A stretch of 64,000 bases of DNA, taken from contig JACRDS010000013.1 in the NCBI GenBank assembly GCA_016212825.1, forward strand, positions 31,677 through 95,676, read 5' to 3'. Within the stretch, counting starts at the first letter, position 1, and each line of letters starts with the position of its first letter. This document shows positions 1 through 8,049 of the stretch, in pieces. A program made the translations under genes and the position numbers. The DNA comes from Elusimicrobiota bacterium (lineage in GTDB: Bacteria > Elusimicrobiota > Elusimicrobia > UBA1565 > UBA9628). The notes below the pieces were generated by a model, which saw nothing but the letters and a program-made list of their open reading frames with translations, was not told where the DNA came from and did not search any database.

Positions 1-2
1 GG

Positions 3-128
3 CTGCTGGCCCGGCGGGGCGGGCTCGACGACGACCCTGTGCGCTTCGTGCTCCGGGACAAGACGAGCTGGCTCTGCGCGGCCCTGACCGCCGCCGTGCT
101 CGCGGCCGCGAGCGGGTGGACCTCATGA
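3..128 (+). CDS. 3' end of an upstream gene (partial, runs off window start)
   Basis: Frame is open from the window edge to TGA at 126-128. The stop overlaps the next start as ATGA. No recognisable domain in the 41 visible residues. Confidence 0.3.
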   Translation: MLARRGGLDDDPVRFVLRDKTSWLCAALTAAVLAAASGWTS

Positions 129-478
129 ACTGGTCGAGCCGCATCGTCGGGGCTCTGGTGGAGTCGGTCTGCGCCGGGCTGGCGGCCGGCCAGCCGCCGC
201 TGGCGGCGCCTTTCGACGATGTGGCCCGCTTCGTCGACGAGGCCGTGGGCCGCATGCCCTCGCCGCAGGGTCTGGGAGTGCGCCTGCTGGCCATCGCCTT
301 CGACCTCAGCGCCTTTCCGTCCTGCGGAGAACTCTTCCACCGCCTCGACCCGGAGGCACGTGCCGCGCGCCTGAGCGCCTGGCGGCAGAGCCGGCTGGCC
401 GTGTGCCGGCAGTTCGTGCGCCTGCACGAGAGCCTGGCCGTGTTCCGGCTCTACGCGCGGCTGGAGCCCGGGGAATGA
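125..478 (+). CDS. small hypothetical protein, possible accessory subunit of the downstream GMC oxidoreductase
   Basis: ATG at 125 inside track ORF 116..478. Its stop overlaps the GMC start (ATGA at 475-478). Function is inferred from position only. Confidence 0.5.
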   Translation: MNWSSRIVGALVESVCAGLAAGQPPLAAPFDDVARFVDEAVGRMPSPQGLGVRLLAIAFDLSAFPSCGELFHRLDPEARAARLSAWRQSRLAVCRQFVRLHESLAVFRLYARLEPGE

Positions 479-1836
479 GCGAGCGGGCCTCGGTCGCGGT
501 GGTCGGGTCCGGCCCTGGCGGGGCCGTGGCCGCCTGCGTCCTGGCCGAGGCGGGTCGCGACGTCATCCTCGTGGAGGAAGGGCCGGGCCTGGGGCAGCAG
601 TCCTGCCGGCCTTTCTCCATCGAGGAGATGACCCAGAAGTACCGCCACGGCGGGGTCACGGCCGCCCTGGGCCCCTGCCCGGTCGCCTATGTGGAAGGCT
701 GCGCCGTGGGCGGGGGCAGCGAGGTCAACAGCGCGCTCTACCACAGGGCTCCGGCGGCTCGCCTCGAGGAATGGGCCCGGCGCTTCGCGGTGGAGGGGCT
801 GGGGGAGAAGGACCTGGCTCCCCATTTCGAGGCGCTGGAGGCCGAGCTCTCGGTGCTGCGCGATTCCACCGAAGTCCATCCGGCCGGCCGCAAGCTCGCG
901 GCGGGCGCCGCGAGCCTGGGGCTGGAATGCCGCCAGGCCCCGCGCATGGCCCGGCCCGGACCAGGCCCCCTGCACCGGCTCGCCATGTCCGACACCTACA
1001 TCCCGCGCGCGCTCAAGGCCGGCTGCCGCCTCCTGGACCAGACCAGAGTCGAGCGCCTGCAGCGCCGCGGCCGCGGCTGGGTCCTCAAGGCGCGGACTCT
1101 CGGTCCTCTATTCGAAATCGAGGCGGACCAGGTCTTCCTGGCCTGCGGCGCCATCCAGACCCCGGCCCTCCTGCGCCGCAGCGGCCTGGCGCCGCGCGCC
1201 GGCGCGACGCTCGCCATCCATCCCATGGCCAAGCTGGTCGCGCAGTTCCCGGAGGAGGTCAACGGCCCGGACCTGGGCGTGGCCGCCCAGCAGGTCAAGC
1301 CCCCGCACGGGCGCTGGTCCTTCGGCTGCTCGATCAGCTCGCCCCAGAACCTGGCCTTGAACCTGCTGGACTATCCGGAGCCGCTCTCGCGCTTGGCGCG
1401 GGATTGGCGGCGCATGGCTTCCTTCTACGTCATGGTCCCGGGCTCGGGCCGCGGGGAGGTCGGGCTCCTGCCGGGCTGCCCCGACCCTCTGGTGCGCTAC
1501 GCGCTCTCGCCCGAGGAGCTGCGCGGCCTCGACGACGGGCTTCAGGAGCTGGCGCGGCTGCTCCAGGCCGCCGGCGCCGAGAGGGTGTTCGCGGCTCCGG
1601 CGGCGGGGCCCGACGCGCGGCTGACCACCCTGCACCTGATGGCGTCCTGCCCCATGGGCGAGCACGGCGGCCTCTGCGCGGCCGACTCTTTCGGGAGGGT
1701 GCGCGGCAGCGAGGGGCTCCGGCTCGCGGACGCGAGCCTGTTCTGCGGGCCGCTCGGGGTCAACCCGCAGGGCACGGTCATGGCCCTGTCCCGCCGCAAC
1801 GCTCTGGCTTTCCTGAAAGGGGGGCCAGAGGAGTGA
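475..1836 (+). CDS. GMC-family FAD-dependent oxidoreductase
   Basis: N-terminal Rossmann motif VAVVGSGPGGAVAACVLAEAGRDVILVEEG, GGGSEVNSALY block, and C-terminal NPQGTVMAL typical of GMC enzymes. ATG at 475 lies inside track ORF 403..1836. Confidence 0.85.
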   Translation: MSERASVAVVGSGPGGAVAACVLAEAGRDVILVEEGPGLGQQSCRPFSIEEMTQKYRHGGVTAALGPCPVAYVEGCAVGGGSEVNSALYHRAPAARLEEWARRFAVEGLGEKDLAPHFEALEAELSVLRDSTEVHPAGRKLAAGAASLGLECRQAPRMARPGPGPLHRLAMSDTYIPRALKAGCRLLDQTRVERLQRRGRGWVLKARTLGPLFEIEADQVFLACGAIQTPALLRRSGLAPRAGATLAIHPMAKLVAQFPEEVNGPDLGVAAQQVKPPHGRWSFGCSISSPQNLALNLLDYPEPLSRLARDWRRMASFYVMVPGSGRGEVGLLPGCPDPLVRYALSPEELRGLDDGLQELARLLQAAGAERVFAAPAAGPDARLTTLHLMASCPMGEHGGLCAADSFGRVRGSEGLRLADASLFCGPLGVNPQGTVMALSRRNALAFLKGGPEE

Positions 1837-4172
1837 ACGGCCGGGACGACGATCTGGAAGCCATAAAGGCTCTGATCGGCCGCGGGGAATACGACGAGGC
1901 CGCGCGATTGTGCGAAGAGGCGCTGGCGCGGGGGGAGGGCGACCCCAGGCCTCTGATCCTGAAGGCCGAGATCCTGATGGGCCGGAAGGACTACGATGGA
2001 GCCCGGCGCTGCGTCGACGCGGTGCTGAGCCGGGACCCCTCCCACGCCTGGGCCTTGAGGGTGAAAGGCGAGATCTGCGCCGAGGCGGGCGACCCTGAGG
2101 CCGCGGCGGAGCAGTTCCAGACGGCGATACGTCTGGACGGCTCCTCCGGCGCCGCGTGGTCCTATCTTGGCCTCGGCAAGCTCCATATCCTGAAAGGCGA
2201 GCATCCCCTCGCGATAGAGGCCCTCGAGAAAGCGCTGTCCCTGGCCCCGGATTCCCCGGGCATCCTCTATGCCCTGGAAAGAGCGCGCCATCCCGAGCGC
2301 GAGCATCTGGCGGCGGGCGAGGCCCACATCGAGGCGGGCAGATATGACCTGGCCGAGAAGGAACTCAACGAGGCCATAAGGCTGGCGCCGTCGGGCCGGG
2401 CCTATCGCGCGCTGATCGGCGTCTATAAGAAGCAGAAGAAAGTCGACCTGTGCGTCGAAGCCAGCGCGGGATACATGCCGGTGGCCGAGGCGGAGGAGCG
2501 CGTGGGCAACCTGGAGCTGGAGCGCCGGCTGCGCAGCGCCGCCAAAGACCCGCGGCGGGACGGCGAGTTCCGGGTGAAGATCGTCAAGACCCCGTATTTC
2601 GAGCCCGGCGGGGACGACGCCTACAATTATTCGCTGTTGCTGCCTCTGGGGCTGGGGCAGATCGTCTCCTATCTGAGGGCCAACGGCATAGCCGTCGACC
2701 AGGACGACCTGTACATCAAGATCAGCCATGACAACATGTTCGGGGCCCCGGAAGACCGGATCGACCCGGACGTCTTCTCGGACGAGAAGAGGGTCCTCGC
2801 ATACGCCGCAGGCGGGCTGGACGCCGGCATCGAGTCCCTGATGGAGAGGATCGAGGCGAAGACCAAGCTCGCCGGGTATCCCGTCATCCTGCTGTCGATC
2901 GCCGGAGACCCCTCGAAGTCGGGGGGGGCCCTATTCGTGCTGGCTCTGGCCCGGTACCTGAAGGCCAGGTACGGCCCCTTCATCATGGTCGGCGGGATCG
3001 ACAGCGAGATCGATTCCCTCCTGAGGTACGATACCAGGCACATCGATCTCATCGGCAGGGGCCGGGGAGAGCGGCTGCTGTTCGCGGTCCTGACGGCCTT
3101 GAGATACGGGGTGAGCATCGAGGCGATGCCCGGCCTGCCGGTGCGCAGGGACGGGAAGGTGGTGAGAGCGCACGGATACAACCCGTTCTGGACGGAGCCG
3201 GATTACGACGGCCTCCCCCTCCAGCTCTATCGCTACCGGCATTCCCGGGACATCGGGGGGGCGTCCGCGGAGCTGAAGGCGCTCGTGGACGGCTTCAACG
3301 GCAGCGGGACAGCCGTGTCCCCCTACATGTCGATGGAGGGCTGCTTCTACGGCTGCATCTTCTGCAACTCCTCGTCCACCAGCCAGGTCACCGTCTTGAG
3401 CCCCCGGGACGCGGTGGCGCGTCTGCGCGGCCTCAAGGAGAAGTACCGGCTGGACGGCTTCTTCTTCCTGCATCCGCTGATCAACATATCGAAGAAGTAC
3501 CTCGACGGGTTCTGCGACGAGATCATCGGGTCGGGCCTGGACGTCCTGTGGTCCGACTGTGCGCGGGCCGACAACCTGGACCGGGACACGCTCCTGAAGA
3601 TGCGGCGGGCGGGCTGCGTCCGGCTCGTGTACGGGATGGAGACCGCGAGCCCGCGGCTGCTGAGGTACATCGACAAGAGGATCAGCCTCAGGCGCCTGGA
3701 GGATATCCTGCGCTGGTCCGACGAGGCGGGCATCATGAACGGGCTGGAGGTCATATGCGGCTTCCCCGGGGAGACGGATGAGGACGTCCGGATGACGGTC
3801 GATTTCATCGAGCGGAACAGGGAACGCCTCGACTTCGTCTACTGCAACACGCTCTACATCGAGAAGCAGAGCCGGCTGTGCCTGTCCCCGGAGCGGTATG
3901 GGATAAGGTTCCTCGCGGACGGAGAGCGGCGGGAGGGCGCGGCGCCCGACAAGAAGGTCCGCTACGACGAGATCGACGGCCTGCGCTGGGAGGATAGGCT
4001 GAGGCAGATGGGCCGGGCCTACGGCGCCATAACGGAGTGCATCAAGAGGGTCAACCTGGACCTGCACTTCTACGAGAACGAGCACTTCATGTTCTATCTG
4101 TATTCCCGGCTCAAGGACAAGAAGAAGGTCGTCCAGGCGTTCCGAGGGGCCGCGGACGCCGTGTCCGCATGA
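1833..4172 (+). CDS. TPR-repeat / B12-binding-domain radical SAM protein
   Basis: GTG at 1833 overlaps the GMC stop (GTGA). The N-terminal ~200 aa are TPR-like. CFYGCIFC is a CX3CX2C radical SAM motif preceded by a B12-binding-like Rossmann segment. The first 354 codons of track ORF 771..4172 overlap the GMC gene and are not part of this gene. Confidence 0.8.
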   Translation: MNGRDDDLEAIKALIGRGEYDEAARLCEEALARGEGDPRPLILKAEILMGRKDYDGARRCVDAVLSRDPSHAWALRVKGEICAEAGDPEAAAEQFQTAIRLDGSSGAAWSYLGLGKLHILKGEHPLAIEALEKALSLAPDSPGILYALERARHPEREHLAAGEAHIEAGRYDLAEKELNEAIRLAPSGRAYRALIGVYKKQKKVDLCVEASAGYMPVAEAEERVGNLELERRLRSAAKDPRRDGEFRVKIVKTPYFEPGGDDAYNYSLLLPLGLGQIVSYLRANGIAVDQDDLYIKISHDNMFGAPEDRIDPDVFSDEKRVLAYAAGGLDAGIESLMERIEAKTKLAGYPVILLSIAGDPSKSGGALFVLALARYLKARYGPFIMVGGIDSEIDSLLRYDTRHIDLIGRGRGERLLFAVLTALRYGVSIEAMPGLPVRRDGKVVRAHGYNPFWTEPDYDGLPLQLYRYRHSRDIGGASAELKALVDGFNGSGTAVSPYMSMEGCFYGCIFCNSSSTSQVTVLSPRDAVARLRGLKEKYRLDGFFFLHPLINISKKYLDGFCDEIIGSGLDVLWSDCARADNLDRDTLLKMRRAGCVRLVYGMETASPRLLRYIDKRISLRRLEDILRWSDEAGIMNGLEVICGFPGETDEDVRMTVDFIERNRERLDFVYCNTLYIEKQSRLCLSPERYGIRFLADGERREGAAPDKKVRYDEIDGLRWEDRLRQMGRAYGAITECIKRVNLDLHFYENEHFMFYLYSRLKDKKKVVQAFRGAADAVSA

Positions 4173-5533
4173 GCGCGCGCCGCCCCCGGCTGGCCGCCCT
4201 GCTGCTCGGGCTGCTTTGCGCCGCGGTCCTGCTTGAGCTTGGGCTGCGCGCGGCCTGCCTGCCTCGCTTTCGGACTCCGGATGAGACGCGGGTCTTCACC
4301 CTCTACGCCGTGGGCGGCTCGACCACCCAGGGCCAGCCCTTCTCCCGGAGGCTCTCTTTCCCGGCCATCGTCAGCGCCATGTTCTCGGACCGGGCCCGGG
4401 GCCTGCCCATCCGCGTGCGCAACCTCGGGAAGGGGGGGGAGAACATCGGCGCGCAATGGCGCCGGCTCAGGCGGGAGCTCGCCTTCCGCCGCCGCGGCGC
4501 CCCGGGCGCCGTGCTCATCTACGCCGGCCTCGAGCCGGGAGGGCCCTGGCCCCAGGCCGGCTGGGCCGAGCGCCTGAGCCTGTGGTTCGAACGCCGGGTC
4601 GCGGTCCGCTCCTTCTTCCTGACGGACCTCGTGCAGCTGGTCAAGCAGAGCCGGCCGCCGCGGTACTCCCGCGCGTCCTACGAGTTCTACCTGCGCCAGA
4701 CCGTGCGCCTGGCGCAGGACCGCGGCCTGGTCCCCGTGCTCTCCACCGTGGCGGCCAACCTCTCCGACATGGAGCCGAGCTTCCTGGGCGACGAGCGGAC
4801 CGACCCGGCGCTCCCGGTCGTCCTGGAGGGACGGCGCCTGGAGGCCGCGCGGCGCTTCCCCGCGGCCATCGCGCTCTACGAGTCCGCCGCCTCCGCCGGC
4901 GAGCCTGCGCGCCCGTACCTGATCTATCGCGCCGCGAAATGCTGGCAGGCCCTGGGCCGCTACGACCAGGCCCGCGAGGGGTTCTGGCGGGCGGCCGAGG
5001 GGGACGCCGACCTCCGGTTCTGGAGGCCCAGCCGGGCCCAGAACGACCTCCTGCGCCGCATCGCCTCCGAGAGCGGGGCCGTCCTGTCGGACGCGGCCCG
5101 GCTCTTCGAGGAGTCCGCCCCCCACGGGCTGCTCGGCGCGGAGTTCTTCATGGACTTCCACCACCCCAACCTGCGCGGCTACCACCTTCTGGCGCGCGGT
5201 TTCGCGGAGGCGCTCGGGACGGCGCTGGGGGAGCGGCCGGAGGGAGCCGGCTGGGACGAAGAGGAGTTGCGGCGCCGGTTCTCCCTCGACGACGACTCCC
5301 TGGCGTGGTCGTCCCTGACCTCCGGGAGGCTGTTGCTGGAGTGCGCTTGCACCCTCTATCCTTGGCCGGATGACCGTCTGGCCCTGGCCCGGCGCGACTT
5401 CGCCGCGGCCCTGCGCCTGAGCCCCGGGGACAGCCGGGCCGCGCTGGGGCTGTCCCTGACCCAGTCCCCCGCCTTGCGGCCGCTGCTGCGCGACCGGGAG
5501 GCCATGGTCCGGCTCCTCCCCCGCCTGCGCTGA
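4169..5533 (+). CDS. membrane-anchored/secreted protein, SGNH/GDSL-hydrolase-like N-terminal part with C-terminal TPR-like region
   Basis: ATG at 4169 overlaps the previous stop (ATGA). Signal/anchor RLAALLLGLLCAAVLLELG. LYAVGGSTTQG resembles SGNH block I. The C-terminus is helical-repeat-like. The domain call is tentative. Confidence 0.5.
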   Translation: MSARRPRLAALLLGLLCAAVLLELGLRAACLPRFRTPDETRVFTLYAVGGSTTQGQPFSRRLSFPAIVSAMFSDRARGLPIRVRNLGKGGENIGAQWRRLRRELAFRRRGAPGAVLIYAGLEPGGPWPQAGWAERLSLWFERRVAVRSFFLTDLVQLVKQSRPPRYSRASYEFYLRQTVRLAQDRGLVPVLSTVAANLSDMEPSFLGDERTDPALPVVLEGRRLEAARRFPAAIALYESAASAGEPARPYLIYRAAKCWQALGRYDQAREGFWRAAEGDADLRFWRPSRAQNDLLRRIASESGAVLSDAARLFEESAPHGLLGAEFFMDFHHPNLRGYHLLARGFAEALGTALGERPEGAGWDEEELRRRFSLDDDSLAWSSLTSGRLLLECACTLYPWPDDRLALARRDFAAALRLSPGDSRAALGLSLTQSPALRPLLRDREAMVRLLPRLR

Positions 5534-5574
5534 TGCCCCGCTCCCTGCTTCTAGTAGTTGCGGGATTATCCTTG

Positions 5575-5580
5575 TATAAT
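5575..5580 (+). promoter_or_regulatory. -10 box (TATAAT) of the ancestral tRNA-Thr promoter, now in front of the truncated tRNA copy
   Basis: Perfect TATAAT lies 9 nt upstream of the first tRNA nucleotide (5590). No good -35 is seen. Confidence 0.4.
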
Positions 5581-5589
5581 AGGCGCACC

Positions 5590-5626
5590 GCCGACGTAGC
5601 TCAGCGGTAGAGCAACCGCCTTGTAA
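5590..5626 (+). repeat. attL core: 37-nt 5' half of tRNA-Thr(UGU), truncated copy
   Basis: Identical base for base to 40617-40653. Identity ends exactly at the 3' end of the anticodon loop, and the following sequence cannot complete a cloverleaf. Confidence 0.85.
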
Positions 5627-5730
5627 TCCCCAGCCTGCTTCCTTCCTGCGGCGGCTCCGCGCCCGTCGGGAACGCTGTTTCTCGACGAGAAACGCCCGAA
5701 TCGTCGGCTTGTGCCCAGTTGTGCCGGCCG

Positions 5731-5778
5731 GTGTCCAACTGGCCGGTTTTGGCTCCAGCGTGGACACTTTTTGGACAC
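5731..5778. repeat. candidate arm-type recombinase binding sites (GTGTCCA ... TGGACAC-TTTT-TGGACAC), attL side
   Basis: The 22-bp AGCGTGGACACTTTTTGGACAC (5757-5778) is identical to 40516-40537. An inverted copy of the TGGACAC heptamer is at 5731-5737. Confidence 0.45.
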
Positions 5779-5784
5779 CGGCGC

Positions 5785-5952
5785 TCAAGGGGACCGGAGG
5801 AGCCGTTCGAGCCCAAGGATGATCCGGACGACATCGCGCCGGGCGCCGGCGCCGCCGGCGGCAAGATGCCGCGCTGCCTGGGAGAGCACCGCCTCCCCGT
5901 CCCAGGGGACTGGATGCTGCGCGACGATGGGCCGTTCAGGCCGCGTATTCAT
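5785..5952 (-). CDS. small hypothetical protein (55 aa)
   Basis: Its start overlaps the stop of the upstream 63-aa gene (ATGA on the minus strand). This is the tail of track ORF 5785..6219. No recognisable domain. Confidence 0.4.
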   Translation of the reverse strand: MNTRPERPIVAQHPVPWDGEAVLSQAARHLAAGGAGARRDVVRIILGLERLLRSP

Positions 5953-6140
5953 CGCACGGCCTCCACATACTGCATGGCCAGGCGTATCAGCGCGACCCGG
6001 ATCGGGCCGGCCCCTTTGCGGCCGTCCACGATGAGCCCGAGATGACATGATGCGTAGAGGGGGAACCCCTCGACCGCGCTTTCGCGCCAGCCGTTCCCGT
6101 CCTGCCCGAATCCGACTGCGCCCTGCCCGTTGATCTTCAT
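5949..6140 (-). CDS. small hypothetical protein (63 aa)
   Basis: ATG at 6140 is preceded by GGAGGTGCGATT, the same SD context as the second RadC-like gene. Lies inside track ORF 5949..6158. Confidence 0.45.
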   Translation of the reverse strand: MKINGQGAVGFGQDGNGWRESAVEGFPLYASCHLGLIVDGRKGAGPIRVALIRLAMQYVEAVR

Positions 6141-6413
6141 AATCGCACCTCCGCCCACCCGGAGGGCGAAGGCGTCCGAGGGCCCGGCCCGAGGCGAGGA
6201 TTAAATGGCGGGCCCCCACCGGACGGCGGTCCTCGGCGCAGCCGAGCTGACCGCCCCGGCGCAGCCGGGCTGCCTGAAAATTTGGGGCCTGAGAAACGTC
6301 ATGAAAAACGCGCGGCGGGGGTTGGGCCGGATTTTCAGGCCGTCGGAGGGGAGGGCCGTTTATGCCGCAGCCGCGGTCCGGGCCGCTCCTGGACGCCTGA
6401 GGGGGGTGCGATT
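6141..6413. repeat. hairpin-rich non-coding module, copy 1 (inverted relative to 10811-11083)
   Basis: Aligns end to end with the reverse complement of 10811-11083 at high identity (my estimate is 80-90%). Both ends carry GGTGCGA SD-like boxes facing outward. A 2-nt indel breaks the overlapping track ORFs. Confidence 0.7.
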
Positions 6414-6554
6414 ATGACAGATTGCGAACGGGGCGCATCCGGACCGAGCAGGGTGATCTTGGCGCTGACCGCTACCGCTATGGCGCGATGGGGTCTTGAG
6501 GGGTGGGAACTTCCCAGGCGCTCGGCCGTTTGGATTGGTGGAGGACAAAGATGA
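6414..6554 (+). CDS. small hypothetical ORF (46 aa) translationally coupled to the RadC-like gene
   Basis: ATG at 6414 follows GGGGGTGCGATT. Its stop overlaps the RadC-like ATG (ATGA at 6551-6554). No homology recognised. Confidence 0.35.
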   Translation: MTDCERGASGPSRVILALTATAMARWGLEGWELPRRSAVWIGGGQR

Positions 6555-6976
6555 TCGATTCCGACATGGTTGCCACGAAAAAGGTCTCGTGCCCTGCGGG
6601 CGTCTCGATAGACGCCGCAGAGGACGTATTTCTACTGCTTGCCGCACGGGCTCAGGCGCTGGCGGACGCGCATCTGTGGCGGGTGGACCTTGACCGGATG
6701 AACCGAGTCATTGGCTGCGAGTTGATCGTGCCGCGCGGCGCGGACACGCATATCGTCCATCCGTATGCGGTCTTCCGAGGGGCCGTCGCCGCTCGCGCGG
6801 CGAAAGTGGCGCTTGTGCATAATCATCCCGCGCAGAACCTGGTCTTGTCGGATGGAGACCGCATCCTAACGGAAATGATGGCGATTTTCGGCGACCTTCT
6901 GCGGATTCCTGTCTACGACCACATCATCGTGACGGACAAGGCCTATTTTAGCTTCAATGAAGCTGGTCTACTCTAG
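6551..6976 (+). CDS. RadC-like JAB/MPN domain protein
   Basis: HNHPAQNLVLSDGD is the H-x-H-P...S-x-x-D JAB metal motif, and the C-terminal IPVYDHIIV is typical of RadC C-terminal domains. The alternative start at 6503 cannot be excluded. Confidence 0.8.
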   Translation: MIDSDMVATKKVSCPAGVSIDAAEDVFLLLAARAQALADAHLWRVDLDRMNRVIGCELIVPRGADTHIVHPYAVFRGAVAARAAKVALVHNHPAQNLVLSDGDRILTEMMAIFGDLLRIPVYDHIIVTDKAYFSFNEAGLL

Positions 6977-7009
6977 CCGAATACCCAGACCGCTTCGAAG
7001 GTCCGCTGC

Positions 7010-7216
7010 GTGAGCGATAACGGCGGGATTCGTTGGCGGATGGGCTGGGTGAAGGTGAAGGTCTCGATGGCCTGCATCGGAGAGAACGTCGGCCTTGAAG
7101 AAGTCGACAACGGCATCTGGGACGTCTACTTCGGTTCTTTCAAGCTAGGCCGGCTAAATGACAGAAAAATGGAGATCGAGAGTCCTTGCCGGAAATTCAA
7201 CCAAAGAAAAGTGTGA
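7010..7216 (+). pseudogene. 3' remnant of a DDE transposase (IS481-family-like C-terminus)
   Basis: GIRWRMGWVKV..CIGENVGLEEVDNGIWDVYFGSFKLGRLNDRKMEI resembles the conserved C-terminal tail of IS481-type integrase-core transposases. The catalytic part is absent. Confidence 0.5.
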
Positions 7217-7444
7217 CCTGTGTCTCTGGAACACCACGAGATATGCCCTTCCCATCCCGGCCTCCGGGTTCAGCAAGGCAACGCCACGATTGCCTTAAGC
7301 TTCTGGATAATGATATTACGTAGATAGGTTCATTTCTTGGGAATGTGTCAGAGCTTCAGGCACATGGAGCCCGCAGAACGTAGTCTTCATTGGCAGCTTG
7401 GAACTTGCCAACTTAAAAGGTATCAATTGAGGTAAAGCCCCACC

Positions 7445-8044
7445 ATGACCGAGGAGGCTGTTAGGGATTTAAAACACGATTACATTGAAGTTGTGTGTTG
7501 GGTGTCATTTCTTGCGTTGCTCCACCCGATGGTTTATTTGGCTATGCACGACTTCCCGAAGCCCATGCAATATTCATGCGTTGTGCTTCTGGTGTTGCCG
7601 TTCATTATTCTCTCCGCCGCCAATTCCGCGGTCGATCCATTCAAGATTTCTGCGGCAAGAGCGAGAGCATTTCTCTATTTTTTTGGGGCTGTGTTGCTGG
7701 TGTTCTCCACGTGGGTTATCAATTCCACGGGTGGACCAGCCTACAGTTTCTTCACCTGGCTCTTCGGCGTCGCCTTTATTCTGGCCTATTGCTTGGGGAA
7801 GTCGACTGTTCATCCGAGCGGCGGATACAGCGAAGCACTCGACCCCCTCCTCACTCGCCCCGTCATCTCAACGCTATCTTTGATGAGTTTGCTTTGTATT
7901 GTACTCGTTTGGTTCGCTCAGCGTTCGCCGGCGGACCCGCCGCCGGCGGCCACGCTGGAATCGATTTGGGGGGCCACTGCTATCTTGTGGTCGACCATTG
8001 TGTCCCTATTCACCTACCACAATAGTTTGAAGAGGTTCTTCTAA
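7445..8044 (+). CDS. polytopic membrane protein, unknown function
   Basis: Several hydrophobic helices. Lies in a visibly lower-GC block, with its stop 5 nt before the MFS start. Confidence 0.6.
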   Translation: MTEEAVRDLKHDYIEVVCWVSFLALLHPMVYLAMHDFPKPMQYSCVVLLVLPFIILSAANSAVDPFKISAARARAFLYFFGAVLLVFSTWVINSTGGPAYSFFTWLFGVAFILAYCLGKSTVHPSGGYSEALDPLLTRPVISTLSLMSLLCIVLVWFAQRSPADPPPAATLESIWGATAILWSTIVSLFTYHNSLKRFF

Positions 8045-8049
8045 CCGCC

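Noticed and set aside
771-1832. N-terminal 354 codons of the 1133-aa track ORF 771..4172
   Set aside because: This part is Arg/Gly/Pro-rich low-complexity sequence overlapping the well-supported GMC oxidoreductase in another frame. The real gene starts at GTG 1833, where the TPR repeats begin and the GMC stop overlaps.
5590-5660. A second complete tRNA-Thr gene at the left ICE border
   Set aside because: Only the first 37 nt match. The sequence after the anticodon loop (TCCCCAGCCTGC...) cannot form the anticodon 3' strand, T arm or acceptor 3' strand.
4094-5788. 564-aa minus-strand ORF, and similar long antisense ORFs (1542..2729, 2931..4085, 21400..23310, 25897..28113, 28202..29305, 30155..31561, 62548..63630 and others)
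   Set aside because: These are typical high-GC shadow ORFs: R/G/P/A-rich, without motifs, and each lying antisense to a gene with clear domain signatures.
6205-6417. 70-aa ORF MAGPH... and its counterpart at 10804..11019, which look like a conserved duplicated gene
   Set aside because: The two translations agree only for the first ~25 residues. A 2-nt indel in the hairpin loop then shifts the frame. Conservation is at the DNA/structure level, so I treat the region as a non-coding module.
7391-7409. Sigma-54-like TGGCAG...TTGCC upstream of the low-GC membrane protein gene
   Set aside because: The GG-to-GC spacing is 3 nt too long for a -24/-12 promoter.
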